The notes under the pieces: generated by a model
The model's input: only the letters and a program-made list of their open reading frames with translations
Database searches by the model: none
What the model was told of the DNA's origin: nothing
In this document: one piece after another, positions 18,737 to 28,575 of the stretch
Numbering within the stretch: position 1 is the stretch's first letter
Layout: each line of letters begins with the position of its first letter
IMG/VR virus record: IMGVR_UViG_3300042868_009047
From: a virus
Taxonomy: Duplodnaviria > Caudoviricetes
DNA: 64,000 nt
Strand: one strand, 5' to 3'
Translations under genes and position numbers: made by a program

Positions 18737-20551
18737 TTAATTAATTCCCGTTGCGATAACTGGTATCACTTTTATATCAACATCACTGTTTCTAATATTT
18801 AACATTTGATACTCATCAACAATAATATAATTGTTTGTTATATCCATCTCACCAGTTACGGAATCAATTAAAGATTGACTAGTGGTATTGGTTGAGTAAC
18901 CAACACCTGTTTTATTAAATGCTTTAACATAATTTATATTTAAAACACCATCAACCTGTGTCATTTTTTTAATCATCTCACCAACACTATAACTCTTACC
19001 CAATTGTTTTTTAGCATCCAAAAATTCATTACTAACAATTGTTGTTATGTTTGATACTGCGGATATTTGTTGGCCGTTTTCAACCAATACACCAATTTCG
19101 AACCCTAAATCAACTATTTCAGCTGGTTTAACAACAACATAATCATTTATCATTCTAAATTTTGATAAGTATGCCGCGATATTTTCCATCAATAAAGATG
19201 TAACAGTGTTTGATATATCACCATTTGCGTCATATGATAAAACACCTATTTCAATTTTGTTTTGTTTTTGTGTTATACTTGTTTTTGCTGGTGCACCAAA
19301 CTTACTTGGCATACTTAGTAATAAAACTTTATAATCGTTTAATGTTACAGCCCTATTTTGAGCTGCAAAGTTATATCCGATATAGTTTCTTAACTCCTCA
19401 ATAGTCGGTTCATCTGATCCACCGACAGCTGGGGTTGTATTTGTTACCACTACCGAAGATTGTACTGTTGAATTAATCGCTGAATCTGGGCCATTTATAT
19501 TTGCAACCAATCTATTGATTGTTGTTATAGTACCAGGGCCAGCGTTTGTACCAACACCACCACCAATTCTATATTTAACAAACAATGTTGTATTTGCTAT
19601 CGGTGCCATACCTAAACTACCGTTTCTCAAAAAACTTTTAAGGTTAAATGTACCACCGTCTAAGAAATCATCTAAAATATCAAAAGATGAATCTGTTTGT
19701 GCACCAAATGTTACTGAACAAAACCCTTTTGGTGTAAATTCGGTTATATATCTTTTATCTATTTTTTGATAAATACCTTTAGCAATACCATTTACTCTAG
19801 GGGAGTTTGTGTCTTCAACAAAAACACTGTCTTCAGCTAATGAAGGTACCTCATACCATCTATTTGGGCTGTTAATAAACTCGCTGTCAGTTGGCGTTGC
19901 TGTAAATGTTGTACCAGCTTTATGAATCACTGATTCAACCGATAAAACATTATTTTCTGGTAAAATTATTTTATAAAAAGGTATTGAATTAACAAAAGTT
20001 TGATTAAATACCTTTGTTGTACCAGCTATGATAATACCAGTTTTTGTTATTGAATAACTTGCAATTTTGTTATTAATAAAAATAGGTCTTTTTGTTCTAT
20101 CAACATTACCTGAACTATTTGTTGCTGAGGTAAAATCAACATCATACAATAACTCATATGTATTTTCACCATTTGATACTTGCGTACCAGATTTAATAAT
20201 AGGTAGGTATCTAATATCTTCTTGATCACCAAAAACAGGTACCTGAGCTGTAAACTCAACAACAGCCACAGCAGACGATTTTGTGGGCAATTTAAGGCCA
20301 TAAGTCTTAGCTATGTTATACAATGATTGTTTTTCCTGTGCATAGTCTAAAACAGTCTCCTGTAAGGCTCTATCGATCTGATAGTTTAAGTTATCCGCAA
20401 TAGCGGCATTTAAATCTAAGAACACCGATAATATCGATGCGTCATTAAAACTTTGTACAACTTCAGGGTAATACTGTTTAATATAGTTTATTTGCTCCGT
20501 TTTTAAGGAAGCAAAATCTCTTTTACTATAATTTATTTGTCTATTTGCCAT
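18737..20551 (-). CDS. Baseplate wedge subunit, T4 gp6 / P2 gpJ-like
   Basis: INYSKRDFASLK, AKTYGLK, GGSDEPTIEELR and QNRAVTLNDY are baseplate J/gp6 motifs; follows the gp25-like gene. Confidence 0.85.
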   Translation of the reverse strand: MANRQINYSKRDFASLKTEQINYIKQYYPEVVQSFNDASILSVFLDLNAAIADNLNYQIDRALQETVLDYAQEKQSLYNIAKTYGLKLPTKSSAVAVVEFTAQVPVFGDQEDIRYLPIIKSGTQVSNGENTYELLYDVDFTSATNSSGNVDRTKRPIFINNKIASYSITKTGIIIAGTTKVFNQTFVNSIPFYKIILPENNVLSVESVIHKAGTTFTATPTDSEFINSPNRWYEVPSLAEDSVFVEDTNSPRVNGIAKGIYQKIDKRYITEFTPKGFCSVTFGAQTDSSFDILDDFLDGGTFNLKSFLRNGSLGMAPIANTTLFVKYRIGGGVGTNAGPGTITTINRLVANINGPDSAINSTVQSSVVVTNTTPAVGGSDEPTIEELRNYIGYNFAAQNRAVTLNDYKVLLLSMPSKFGAPAKTSITQKQNKIEIGVLSYDANGDISNTVTSLLMENIAAYLSKFRMINDYVVVKPAEIVDLGFEIGVLVENGQQISAVSNITTIVSNEFLDAKKQLGKSYSVGEMIKKMTQVDGVLNINYVKAFNKTGVGYSTNTTSQSLIDSVTGEMDITNNYIIVDEYQMLNIRNSDVDIKVIPVIATGIN

Positions 20552-20552
20552 T

Positions 20553-20969
20553 TTATACTGTTATTGATAATTTATCGCTCGTTGAGAATGTCTTGGAGCT
20601 TATTGTGTAATCTAAATTTATTCTAATTTGGTGTTCTTTTTCTGTATTATTTAAAAACTCAGCCTCATCCCCAACTTTTGTAATATTGATGGCGTTTAAT
20701 TTTAGGTTTGGTATGTATTTTTCAACAGCATCCTGTATTTCATTTTCAATTTTACCAAGGGTTGTTTCATCTAATGGTTCGAATATATACTGATATAAAT
20801 TTGTACCAAAATCTGGTAAATAATATCTGGAACCCCTTTTAGTTAAAAGAAGATGTATTAGCATAGATTTTACTTCAGCTTCTGGTATACTGGTCAAACC
20901 AACATAATCTCCACTACTTGATTCAGTAAACGGGAAATCAATACCAAATGTTTGTTTTTTAATTGCCAT
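20553..20969 (-). CDS. Baseplate wedge protein, gp25/GPW-like
   Basis: LLLTKRGSRYYLPDFGTNLYQYIFEP...IQDAVEKYIP is the gp25/GPW signature. Confidence 0.9.
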   Translation of the reverse strand: MAIKKQTFGIDFPFTESSSGDYVGLTSIPEAEVKSMLIHLLLTKRGSRYYLPDFGTNLYQYIFEPLDETTLGKIENEIQDAVEKYIPNLKLNAINITKVGDEAEFLNNTEKEHQIRINLDYTISSKTFSTSDKLSITV

Positions 20970-20976
20970 ATTCTTT

Positions 20977-20990
20977 TATAAATAAATATC
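20977..20990 (-). promoter_or_regulatory. Recurrent TATTTAT upstream motif (two overlapping copies) before the gp25-like gene
   Basis: Minus strand GATATTTATTTATA, 7 nt before the ATG. Confidence 0.55.
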
Positions 20991-21017
20991 GTAATAATTT
21001 ATTTTTTGTAAATAAAA

Positions 21018-21042
21018 AAATCCCACTAGTTAGGTGGGATTT
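21018..21042 (-). terminator. Rho-independent terminator downstream of nrdA
   Basis: AAATCCCAC-7 nt-GTGGGATTT hairpin followed by a T-tract on the minus strand. Confidence 0.8.
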
Positions 21043-21070
21043 ATCTTGCCAGTTTGATAAGTAAGGTTAA

Positions 21071-23485
21071 TTAAGCGCTACACCCAAAACAATCAAATTG
21101 ACTGTTTTCTGGTTTAACCGATTCCTGAACTTGCATTGGTTCTGGTTTAGGTGTGATTACAGCGGTTGGTGTTTCAGCACTGGTAATGCTAATTGCCAAG
21201 TGTTTTGCGCCTGTTGAGATAGCTTTTGTTCTAACATAGTAACAAAGTGATTTAAGACCACGTTTCCAAGCCCAGAAGTGACTAGATGACAATTTCTGTA
21301 CAGTTGGATTCTGGAAATAAACGTTCATAGACTGAGATTGGTCAATGAAAGGTGCTCTGTCAGCCGCCATATCAATCAATTCTTTCTGTGAAACTTCCCA
21401 AATTATTCTATATTTTTGAATTAAATGTTCAATTCTTTTAATTTTTTTCTCATAATGTTTGTCAGTTGTATCCAAAAATTTATTAAAATTAATATTTTGG
21501 ATAGACCCTTCGTTCATAATTATTTCGTTTTTAAATGTTTCTGACCAAATACCCAAATCTTCAAAATCTTCAATTAAATATTTATTAGCGATTAAAAACT
21601 CACCACCAACAACTCTTCTGTTGAATAAATTAGATGGTATAACTTCGGTCATCTCATATGAACCAGTAATTTTAGCCGAAGATGCCACTGGCATTTGTGC
21701 CGTGAATAATGAGTTACAAACACCGTAAGTTTTAACATTTTCTTTTAAAGAGTCCCAATCCCACATCAATTCACTTTGATCAATACCCCACATATCAAAT
21801 TGGAATATACCTTTTGACATTGGAGAACCTTTAAAATGTTTGTAAGGTTTGTATTCACCAATTTTACACAACTCATTACTTTCAGTGATAGCAGCAAAGT
21901 AAATTGTTTCGAATATTTTTTTATTAAGGGTTTTAGCCTCTTCAGATGTAAATACATAATCCATTAAAAAGAATACATCGGCAAGTCCTTGCACACCAAT
22001 AGCAATTGCTCTTTGGTCTAAGCCACCTTTTTTACCTTTTTCGGTCGAGTATGAGTTAATGTCAACAACTTTGTTAAGTGCTCTAACAATTTTTTTAACC
22101 TCAACATAAAGTCGGTCAAAATCAAATGTTTTGTTTTTAACATAGTTTTTAACAACTACAGATGATAATGTACAAATAGCTGTTGTCTTTTCGTCCGTAA
22201 ACTGGTAAATCTCGTTACAAAGATTTGATTGTTTAATAACACCAATATTTTGGTGATTGGTTTTTCTATTAGCATTGTCTTTTGAACAAAGGTAAGGTAC
22301 ACCACTTTCAACTTGCGATTCAATAACTTTAATCCAGATTTCCTGAGCCTTTATTTTCTTTCCTAAGCCCATTTCTACAGCTTTGTTATAGTTATCCTCA
22401 TATTCATCCCCAAAACACTCCTGAAGTGGTTTTAAACCGTTCTTAACGATGTCATTTGGGCAGAATAAATACCAATCAGTATCATCCTGGACCGCTCTCA
22501 TGAAATTATCTGGGATCCACAACGCTGTGAACAAATCTCTTGCTCTTAATTCTTCAGCGCCAGTATTCTTTTTAAGTTCAAGTAAGTCAAAAATATCTTT
22601 GTGCCATGGTTCAATATAAATTGCAGCACTTCCTGGCCTACGACCTTGTTGATTAAAGAAACGAAGTGATTCGTTTACGATTTTAAGGTATTTTAATAAC
22701 CCACCAGCAAATCCACCAGATGTTTTAATTCTACTTTCTTTACTACGGATATTTGACATACATAAACCAATACCAGCTGCATCAGCAGAATAAACTGAGA
22801 TGTCTCTCAAACTATCTAAAAGACCGTTTCTTGAGTCATCGTTATTGTAATGCAATACACACGATGCTAATTGAGGAATTTTGGTACCTGAATTAATCAT
22901 GATTGGTGTTGCGGGTGAAATGAATTGATTAGATAATGCTTCGTAGTACTCAACTGCCTCTTCAAACGATTTAGTCACCCATAAAGCTACACGCATATAC
23001 ATGTGTTGTGGTCTTTCAATTTGTTTACCCTGTGATGTTTTTGTTAAATACATCTCATGTAAAGATCTCCAAGCAAAATAGTCAAACTGAAAATCTCTTT
23101 CATGATCGATAGCCGCATCTATTTCATCAGCACCATACTCTTCAATCATTTTTATTAAATCTTCATTGATGATACTATCCTCAGCTAACAATTTCATTGT
23201 TTCGGTAAAGCTTGGGTTTGTTTCTTTGTGATAAGATGATATGGCGATATGTGCGGCCAATTTACTGTAATCGTAATGACTACCAGTATATGATGCCGCT
23301 ATTTCAGCCAACAACTTATCAATTTCTTTTGTTGTTATAACACCCTCATTTGGTAATGAGGTAATTCCTTTTATAAAAATTTCGTCTGAACTAACCTTTA
23401 ACCCTTTAGCGGCTTTCTTAATCCTAGTCAAAATTTTTGACGGATTAAACGCAGTTTGCTCATCATTACGTTTTTGTATGATCAT
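21071..23485 (-). CDS. nrdA: Ribonucleoside-diphosphate reductase class Ia, alpha subunit, with ATP cone
   Basis: ATP-cone N-terminus, PATP, QLASC, SNLCNE catalytic motif, YYVR, and C-terminal CFGCS. Confidence 0.97.
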   Translation of the reverse strand: MIIQKRNDEQTAFNPSKILTRIKKAAKGLKVSSDEIFIKGITSLPNEGVITTKEIDKLLAEIAASYTGSHYDYSKLAAHIAISSYHKETNPSFTETMKLLAEDSIINEDLIKMIEEYGADEIDAAIDHERDFQFDYFAWRSLHEMYLTKTSQGKQIERPQHMYMRVALWVTKSFEEAVEYYEALSNQFISPATPIMINSGTKIPQLASCVLHYNNDDSRNGLLDSLRDISVYSADAAGIGLCMSNIRSKESRIKTSGGFAGGLLKYLKIVNESLRFFNQQGRRPGSAAIYIEPWHKDIFDLLELKKNTGAEELRARDLFTALWIPDNFMRAVQDDTDWYLFCPNDIVKNGLKPLQECFGDEYEDNYNKAVEMGLGKKIKAQEIWIKVIESQVESGVPYLCSKDNANRKTNHQNIGVIKQSNLCNEIYQFTDEKTTAICTLSSVVVKNYVKNKTFDFDRLYVEVKKIVRALNKVVDINSYSTEKGKKGGLDQRAIAIGVQGLADVFFLMDYVFTSEEAKTLNKKIFETIYFAAITESNELCKIGEYKPYKHFKGSPMSKGIFQFDMWGIDQSELMWDWDSLKENVKTYGVCNSLFTAQMPVASSAKITGSYEMTEVIPSNLFNRRVVGGEFLIANKYLIEDFEDLGIWSETFKNEIIMNEGSIQNINFNKFLDTTDKHYEKKIKRIEHLIQKYRIIWEVSQKELIDMAADRAPFIDQSQSMNVYFQNPTVQKLSSSHFWAWKRGLKSLCYYVRTKAISTGAKHLAISITSAETPTAVITPKPEPMQVQESVKPENSQFDCFGCSA

Positions 23486-23513
23486 TTTATTTTTTTTATT
23501 TGTTTAGTTTAAT

Positions 23514-24464
23514 TTAAAAATCTTCAGTAAAGCTAAGCTTCTCATTCAATTTAGCTTTCTGATACTCTACTGTTCTTGACTCAAAAAAGTTACCTTTTGT
23601 CTCTACAGCAATTTGTTCCATGAATTTAAAAGGTTGTTCAACATTGAACTCTTTTTTGCACCCAAATTTAACCAACAAACCATCTGTAACAAACTCTAAA
23701 TATTGTTTCATTAAGTTTGAGTTCATACCAATAAGTGACACTGGTAATGACTCTGTGATAAATTCTTTTTCTATTTCCAAAGCAGATAATAAAATCTCTC
23801 TGATTCTAGCTTCTGATGGTTTATTTTCAATGTGATTGTTGATTAGGTGTATTGCGAAATCACAATGTAAATTTTCATCTTTAAAAATAAGCGTATTTGC
23901 GTTACATAAACCCTGCATTAAACCTCTTGATTTTAACCAAAAAATTGAACAAAAGGATCCTGAAAAGAAAATACCCTCTACTGCTGCAAATGCAACTAGT
24001 CTTTCTTGAAAAGAAGCGCTTTCAATCCAATTAAAAGCCCACTTAGCTTTTTTCTGTACCGCTGGTAAATGTTCCAATGCCCTGAAACTTTCTAGTTTTT
24101 CTTGTGCGTTTGATATGTAAGTATCAATTAACAAAGAATACATAAGGCTGTGGATGTTTTCCATGGCAATCTGAATCCCGTAAAAAAACTTGGCTTCTGG
24201 GTATTGCACTTCCTTTAAAAAATTCTCAGCAAGGTTTTCATTTACAATACCATCCGATGAGGCAAAGAATGATAAAATGTTTTTAACAAAATACCTTTCA
24301 TTATCCGTTAAGTTTTGCCAATCCCTAATATCGTTAGATAGGTCAATTTCTTCTGCCGTCCAAAATGCGGCCTGATGTTGCTTATAGAACTCCCAAATGT
24401 CGTTGTGTTCGATGGGGAAAATAACAAACCTATTTGGATTTTCCTGTAAAATTTTTTCTTGCAT
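23514..24464 (-). CDS. nrdB: Ribonucleoside-diphosphate reductase class Ia, beta subunit
   Basis: [48 protein letters not shown] and NFFE motifs. Confidence 0.97.
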   Translation of the reverse strand: MQEKILQENPNRFVIFPIEHNDIWEFYKQHQAAFWTAEEIDLSNDIRDWQNLTDNERYFVKNILSFFASSDGIVNENLAENFLKEVQYPEAKFFYGIQIAMENIHSLMYSLLIDTYISNAQEKLESFRALEHLPAVQKKAKWAFNWIESASFQERLVAFAAVEGIFFSGSFCSIFWLKSRGLMQGLCNANTLIFKDENLHCDFAIHLINNHIENKPSEARIREILLSALEIEKEFITESLPVSLIGMNSNLMKQYLEFVTDGLLVKFGCKKEFNVEQPFKFMEQIAVETKGNFFESRTVEYQKAKLNEKLSFTEDF

Positions 24465-24509
24465 AATTTTTTATTGATCTTTAATTTTTCTTGTTTAAAT
24501 AAATATGGG

Positions 24510-24517
24510 CAAAGATA
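24510..24517 (-). promoter_or_regulatory. Bacteroidota-type -7 promoter element (TATCTTTG) upstream of nrdB
   Basis: Perfect TAnnTTTG match (context GTATCTTTGC) in the short intergenic gap before nrdB. Confidence 0.6.
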
Positions 24518-24523
24518 CAATTA

Positions 24524-25936
24524 TTATCCTAAATCTGCACTAATTTCTGTCGTTTCTTCTTTATCTTTTTTCAACCCTTCAAGATATTTTCTTCTACTTT
24601 CAACGCTTTGCTGTTGTTTTTGGGTCTCAAAACCTTTTTCAGTTAACATATCATTTGTGTCAATTAAAATTCTTGAGTTGTCAAATAAACAATCTTTAAA
24701 TATCATACCATCATCACCCATACGGTTTTTAAGGATTGATATTGTTGCAACCTTTTGATCTTTTTGTTCAAGGGTTTTACCGATACTCATAATAAAGTGA
24801 GCAATCTGCGCCTTTTTAAGGTTACCACCCATGTTTTCAGTTTTAACAACCTCAACACTCGTTGAGCTTCTGTTACCCTGGGTTGCGGTCCAACCAGCAA
24901 CATTCATCTCGTCTACCATACTTTCAAATGCACGCATGATCTTACCCTCATTTGACCACTCCTCTGAATTTGAGTGCTCTTTCTCCATAGAAAGGCAGTC
25001 GATGTAGTCTAAGACGAGTATGTCTACTTTAGTGCCCTTAGAATTGATTTTTTTGATTATGTTTTTGATTTTATTTATCGTAACACCATCGGCTGGTAAT
25101 TTCTGTAAATACAAATTATTTTTGTGTTCATCTTTAATCAGTTTAATCTTACTTTGTATTAAAGATTTATTATCAGATAACTCACTAAGAGGTATAGCAG
25201 TTAAAGCTGAAAAGTGTTTTCTTTGCACAGCTTCTTCTTTATCTTCAAAAAATATTTGTAACACAGTTTTACCGCTAAGAAATGCGCTACTAGCGACTTT
25301 TGTTAAGAAAGTCGTTTTACCAACACCAAGTGGTGCAATAACTAAACCAACCTCACCTTTTGATAGCCCACCTTTTGTGCAACTATCAATACCATGAATA
25401 CCTGTTGGTATTGGATCTCTATAATCTTCTGATAATACCTTGTCTATGTTATCAAATACTAAAATAGGATCTTGTTCTTCCTTAAAGGTAATAGCATCCT
25501 TAATCTTTTTTTCGATTTCATCGTAGTCTGAAATAACACCACGGTCTAATTTTGTTTTTATCTCATTTACAGCAGTACGTATTGACTGTAATTTACAGAA
25601 TTTTTTAGCATTATTCTGTGTATTTAAATTACCAACTTTACAATCTTCTATATCGTTGATAGTATCATCTAATTGCGTTCTAAACGCTTCATGCTCAACA
25701 GGAATTTCGTTTTTAACCTCAAGTCTTAATGATGGGAAATTTAATAACACATCATGTTCTTTATGGTAATTCTTAATTATGTGAGCAATCTTTTGGAAAG
25801 CCTCAGACGGAAAATACTTTGGTTCAATAATATCAATTATTGATTCACCAAATTTGTGGTCTGTAACTATTTCATTAATTAATTGTAATTGAAAGTCTTT
25901 GCCTAAATCTTCAAAGCTGCTTATTATATTGGCCAT
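24524..25936 (-). CDS. dnaB: Replicative DNA helicase, DnaB / T4 gp41-like
   Basis: Walker A APLGVGKTT, Walker B LVLDYID, TATQGNR, ILKNRMG. Confidence 0.92.
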   Translation of the reverse strand: MANIISSFEDLGKDFQLQLINEIVTDHKFGESIIDIIEPKYFPSEAFQKIAHIIKNYHKEHDVLLNFPSLRLEVKNEIPVEHEAFRTQLDDTINDIEDCKVGNLNTQNNAKKFCKLQSIRTAVNEIKTKLDRGVISDYDEIEKKIKDAITFKEEQDPILVFDNIDKVLSEDYRDPIPTGIHGIDSCTKGGLSKGEVGLVIAPLGVGKTTFLTKVASSAFLSGKTVLQIFFEDKEEAVQRKHFSALTAIPLSELSDNKSLIQSKIKLIKDEHKNNLYLQKLPADGVTINKIKNIIKKINSKGTKVDILVLDYIDCLSMEKEHSNSEEWSNEGKIMRAFESMVDEMNVAGWTATQGNRSSTSVEVVKTENMGGNLKKAQIAHFIMSIGKTLEQKDQKVATISILKNRMGDDGMIFKDCLFDNSRILIDTNDMLTEKGFETQKQQQSVESRRKYLEGLKKDKEETTEISADLG

Positions 25937-25948
25937 TTAATTTTATTT

Positions 25949-26428
25949 TTATTGTGCTTGTACTTGTGTTTGTGCTTGTAACTGTAAATTGTACCCAAGG
26001 TATTCTGTATCTAACTCCCTTGTTGGGGTACATAAACATTTTTGAATACGTGTAATCAATTCATAGATGTGTTGACGAACATCAACTGTGTATCTAACCT
26101 TTACAGGATAAATTGTCGCATCCCACTCTCTGTAGGCAATTACATTACCATCGTGTTTAACCACAATTCTCATCATGTCTTTAGAGGTATTTTGTTCGTA
26201 GCCTGGTGTTTCCAAAAAATATCTTTGGTGTTCAGTCATGAAGTCTAATGCTCTGTCTTTTAGGACACTTTTAATTAACTCAACGTTTTCGTCAACTGCA
26301 TATTTAAAGTTCATTGAGTTTATCGCTTTGTTATTAAAACCGATAATGTTAAAGAATCTTTGTACGATAATGTTGTCGTTTAGATAAAGTGTAAATTCAA
26401 ATTTACGTTGTTCTCTTTTTTCTTCCAT
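25949..26428 (-). CDS. Hypothetical protein in the replication operon
   Basis: ATG at 26428 (MEEKREQRKFEF...) lies 1 nt after the exonuclease stop and is preferred over the track start at 26455, which overlaps the exonuclease. Confidence 0.75.
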   Translation of the reverse strand: MEEKREQRKFEFTLYLNDNIIVQRFFNIIGFNNKAINSMNFKYAVDENVELIKSVLKDRALDFMTEHQRYFLETPGYEQNTSKDMMRIVVKHDGNVIAYREWDATIYPVKVRYTVDVRQHIYELITRIQKCLCTPTRELDTEYLGYNLQLQAQTQVQAQ

Positions 26429-26429
26429 G

Positions 26430-27485
26430 TTATTTGTTTTTTGTATTGTATGCATTTTCTTCTTTTTTTATAATAGTAATAAAAGAACTCCAGAAAACAA
26501 AGAATGAGTCATCATTTCTTGGTAAAAAGTTTAATAATTCATCTTCTTTCATCATTTCCATGATTTTTTTAATACCGCCACGTCCTTCAGGTGATAAAGT
26601 TTCGTTAACCATTTCACTAATAGCTTCCTTTAACTCTTCAGTAACATATGGTTCTTTGAGGTTGATTATTTTATTCATTACCGAAAAATAATCAGTTCCG
26701 TATGTACCCCATTTAGTTTCACCGTTAATAATCGTGTTTAACGTTTTATCATTCGGTTTTTCAATTAATAGTTCTTTTGTTCTATCAATAACCCAATCCT
26801 GGTTAACGGTTTGTTTTTTTATTTCTGGAAAATATTTTAATACTGTTTTTTCAGCAATATTTTGTAAACCAGATATATTATCACTTGTATCCCCAGCAAT
26901 CATTTTAATGATACCAACATTTGAATAATGGTAATCAAAATAGGTGTCAAAATTATCCATATTGATCATAACCTTAGCACCTTTTATTGTCAAACACACT
27001 TTTGTATTTTCATCCAATAATTGTAGTAAATCACGATCATTTGTGTAAACAATCTTACTCTCATTAACTGAGTTCATTGAATAGTATGCTATACCGTCAT
27101 CAGCTTCACATCCATCAATTTCAACCTGTCTAATTGATAATTCCTCTAGGTATTGTTTGATTCGGATTCTTTGTCGGTCCAAATCGTGTTTTTCATCAAT
27201 CGTTACTTTATTATCACGGTTTTGCTTGTAGTATGGGTAGTAACCTTGTCTATATTCTTTAGAACCTTTACCTTCCCAAAACACAACAACTTTTGTAACT
27301 GCGTAATCTTGATAGAACCTCTTAATGGTATTAATAAAATGGAATATGGTACCAACGCTACCTTCTTTTCCTTGAAGTTGCTTGGTACCATGAAACCCTT
27401 GTTTTAGTAAATATTCACCATCTATAAGTAATGAGTTAATAGTAGTATTAACTTTATTACGCCTTATGGGTTTATTAATCTTCAT
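26430..27485 (-). CDS. 5'-3' exonuclease / flap endonuclease (PolI N-terminal or T4 RNase H-like)
   Basis: LLIDG, EADDGIA, TNDRDLLQL, GDTSDNISG (PIN plus H3TH motifs). Confidence 0.9.
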   Translation of the reverse strand: MKINKPIRRNKVNTTINSLLIDGEYLLKQGFHGTKQLQGKEGSVGTIFHFINTIKRFYQDYAVTKVVVFWEGKGSKEYRQGYYPYYKQNRDNKVTIDEKHDLDRQRIRIKQYLEELSIRQVEIDGCEADDGIAYYSMNSVNESKIVYTNDRDLLQLLDENTKVCLTIKGAKVMINMDNFDTYFDYHYSNVGIIKMIAGDTSDNISGLQNIAEKTVLKYFPEIKKQTVNQDWVIDRTKELLIEKPNDKTLNTIINGETKWGTYGTDYFSVMNKIINLKEPYVTEELKEAISEMVNETLSPEGRGGIKKIMEMMKEDELLNFLPRNDDSFFVFWSSFITIIKKEENAYNTKNK

Positions 27486-28491
27486 CGGAATAAGAGATTT
27501 TTTGGTTAACCTCGTATTCCTCTAACTCAAAGTTAGCATCATCTATTTTACTAGCCCAGTACTCAAAAGTTTCTTTTTTGTACAAGTCTAACGCTACTTT
27601 ATTATCACGTTTGTCATCTGTGATGAATCCGTGTGGTGTAACAATAATTTTTGAGTCAGCGTAACCAAGACCATTGATATGGTTTTTGTCTACAGTAACT
27701 TTGGTTCTTGTTGCAAAGTTAATTTTTCTACCTTTACTTGTTGCATCAATTTTGTTGATACCACCATCAGCTTCATTACCAAAACGGAAAACTAATGTAG
27801 CTGCCTGGTAAATAGCCTCACCACCTTTTGGTTTCATCTTAGGTTGACCCATTGGTGAATCTGGAAGTCTTACCCATGGTAAGTTACATACAACAAAACC
27901 GTTTAAGTATGGTGATGTTTCTTTACGGCTGTTATTGATTCTTTGGTTAATACCCATATTAATCTTTTCAGCCAACGCACCTGCGGTATGTTGTTTACCA
28001 CCTTTACCTTCCCATGTCATTTTACATGGTACTGAACCAACTGAATCCCAGAAGAAACAAACATCATAAGGTAAATCACCTTTTGCTTGCATGTCTAAAA
28101 CCTCATTGATGTAATCTGTAACTTGTTCAATGTAATTGAAATCGTCACGGTAAAGGAAAAATCCATCCCATTCACCAGTCTCTTCGTTTCTTGAACAATC
28201 CAAACCCATAAGTTGGCAGTGTTCAAAACTCCATTTCTTTTCAGTTACCAAATAAACTGGTAAGATACCCTTTCTTTGGGCATCAACTGACGCTGCAATT
28301 AATGCACTTGTTTTACCAGTGTTGGTATGACCAAGTAACATGTTAATGTGACCCATACACGGACCTGGAACGCCAGATGCCTCTAAAAAGGCTTCACCAC
28401 AACTCAGAAATAAGTCTGATTTGTATTTAGTTGTCGTACTCATTTTCTTTTTGAGATCATCAAAAGAAAATTCTTTTTTCTTTACTGCCAT
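27475..28491 (-). CDS. recA: RecA/UvsX-like recombinase
   Basis: Walker A GHTNTGKTS, FFWDSVGS, KPKGGEAI, KVTVDKN. Confidence 0.85.
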   Translation of the reverse strand: MAVKKKEFSFDDLKKKMSTTTKYKSDLFLSCGEAFLEASGVPGPCMGHINMLLGHTNTGKTSALIAASVDAQRKGILPVYLVTEKKWSFEHCQLMGLDCSRNEETGEWDGFFLYRDDFNYIEQVTDYINEVLDMQAKGDLPYDVCFFWDSVGSVPCKMTWEGKGGKQHTAGALAEKINMGINQRINNSRKETSPYLNGFVVCNLPWVRLPDSPMGQPKMKPKGGEAIYQAATLVFRFGNEADGGINKIDATSKGRKINFATRTKVTVDKNHINGLGYADSKIIVTPHGFITDDKRDNKVALDLYKKETFEYWASKIDDANFELEEYEVNQKISYSDED

Positions 28492-28507
28492 ATAATATTT
28501 AATGTTT

Positions 28508-28562
28508 AAAAAAAAACATGGACAAGTACTTGGACATAATGTCCATGTTAATGTCCATGTTT
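28508..28562 (-). terminator. Terminator-like element with an internal 12-bp tandem repeat between ssb and recA
   Basis: Minus strand reads AAACATGGACA TT AACATGGACA TTATGTCCA AGTACT TGTCCATG T9. Confidence 0.65.
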
Positions 28563-28575
28563 ATAAGTTTTATTT

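Noticed and set aside
21071-28491. Inteins or introns in nrdA, nrdB, helicase or recA
   Set aside because: Lengths are normal for the families, catalytic motifs are contiguous, and no intein splice-junction or LAGLIDADG motifs were seen.
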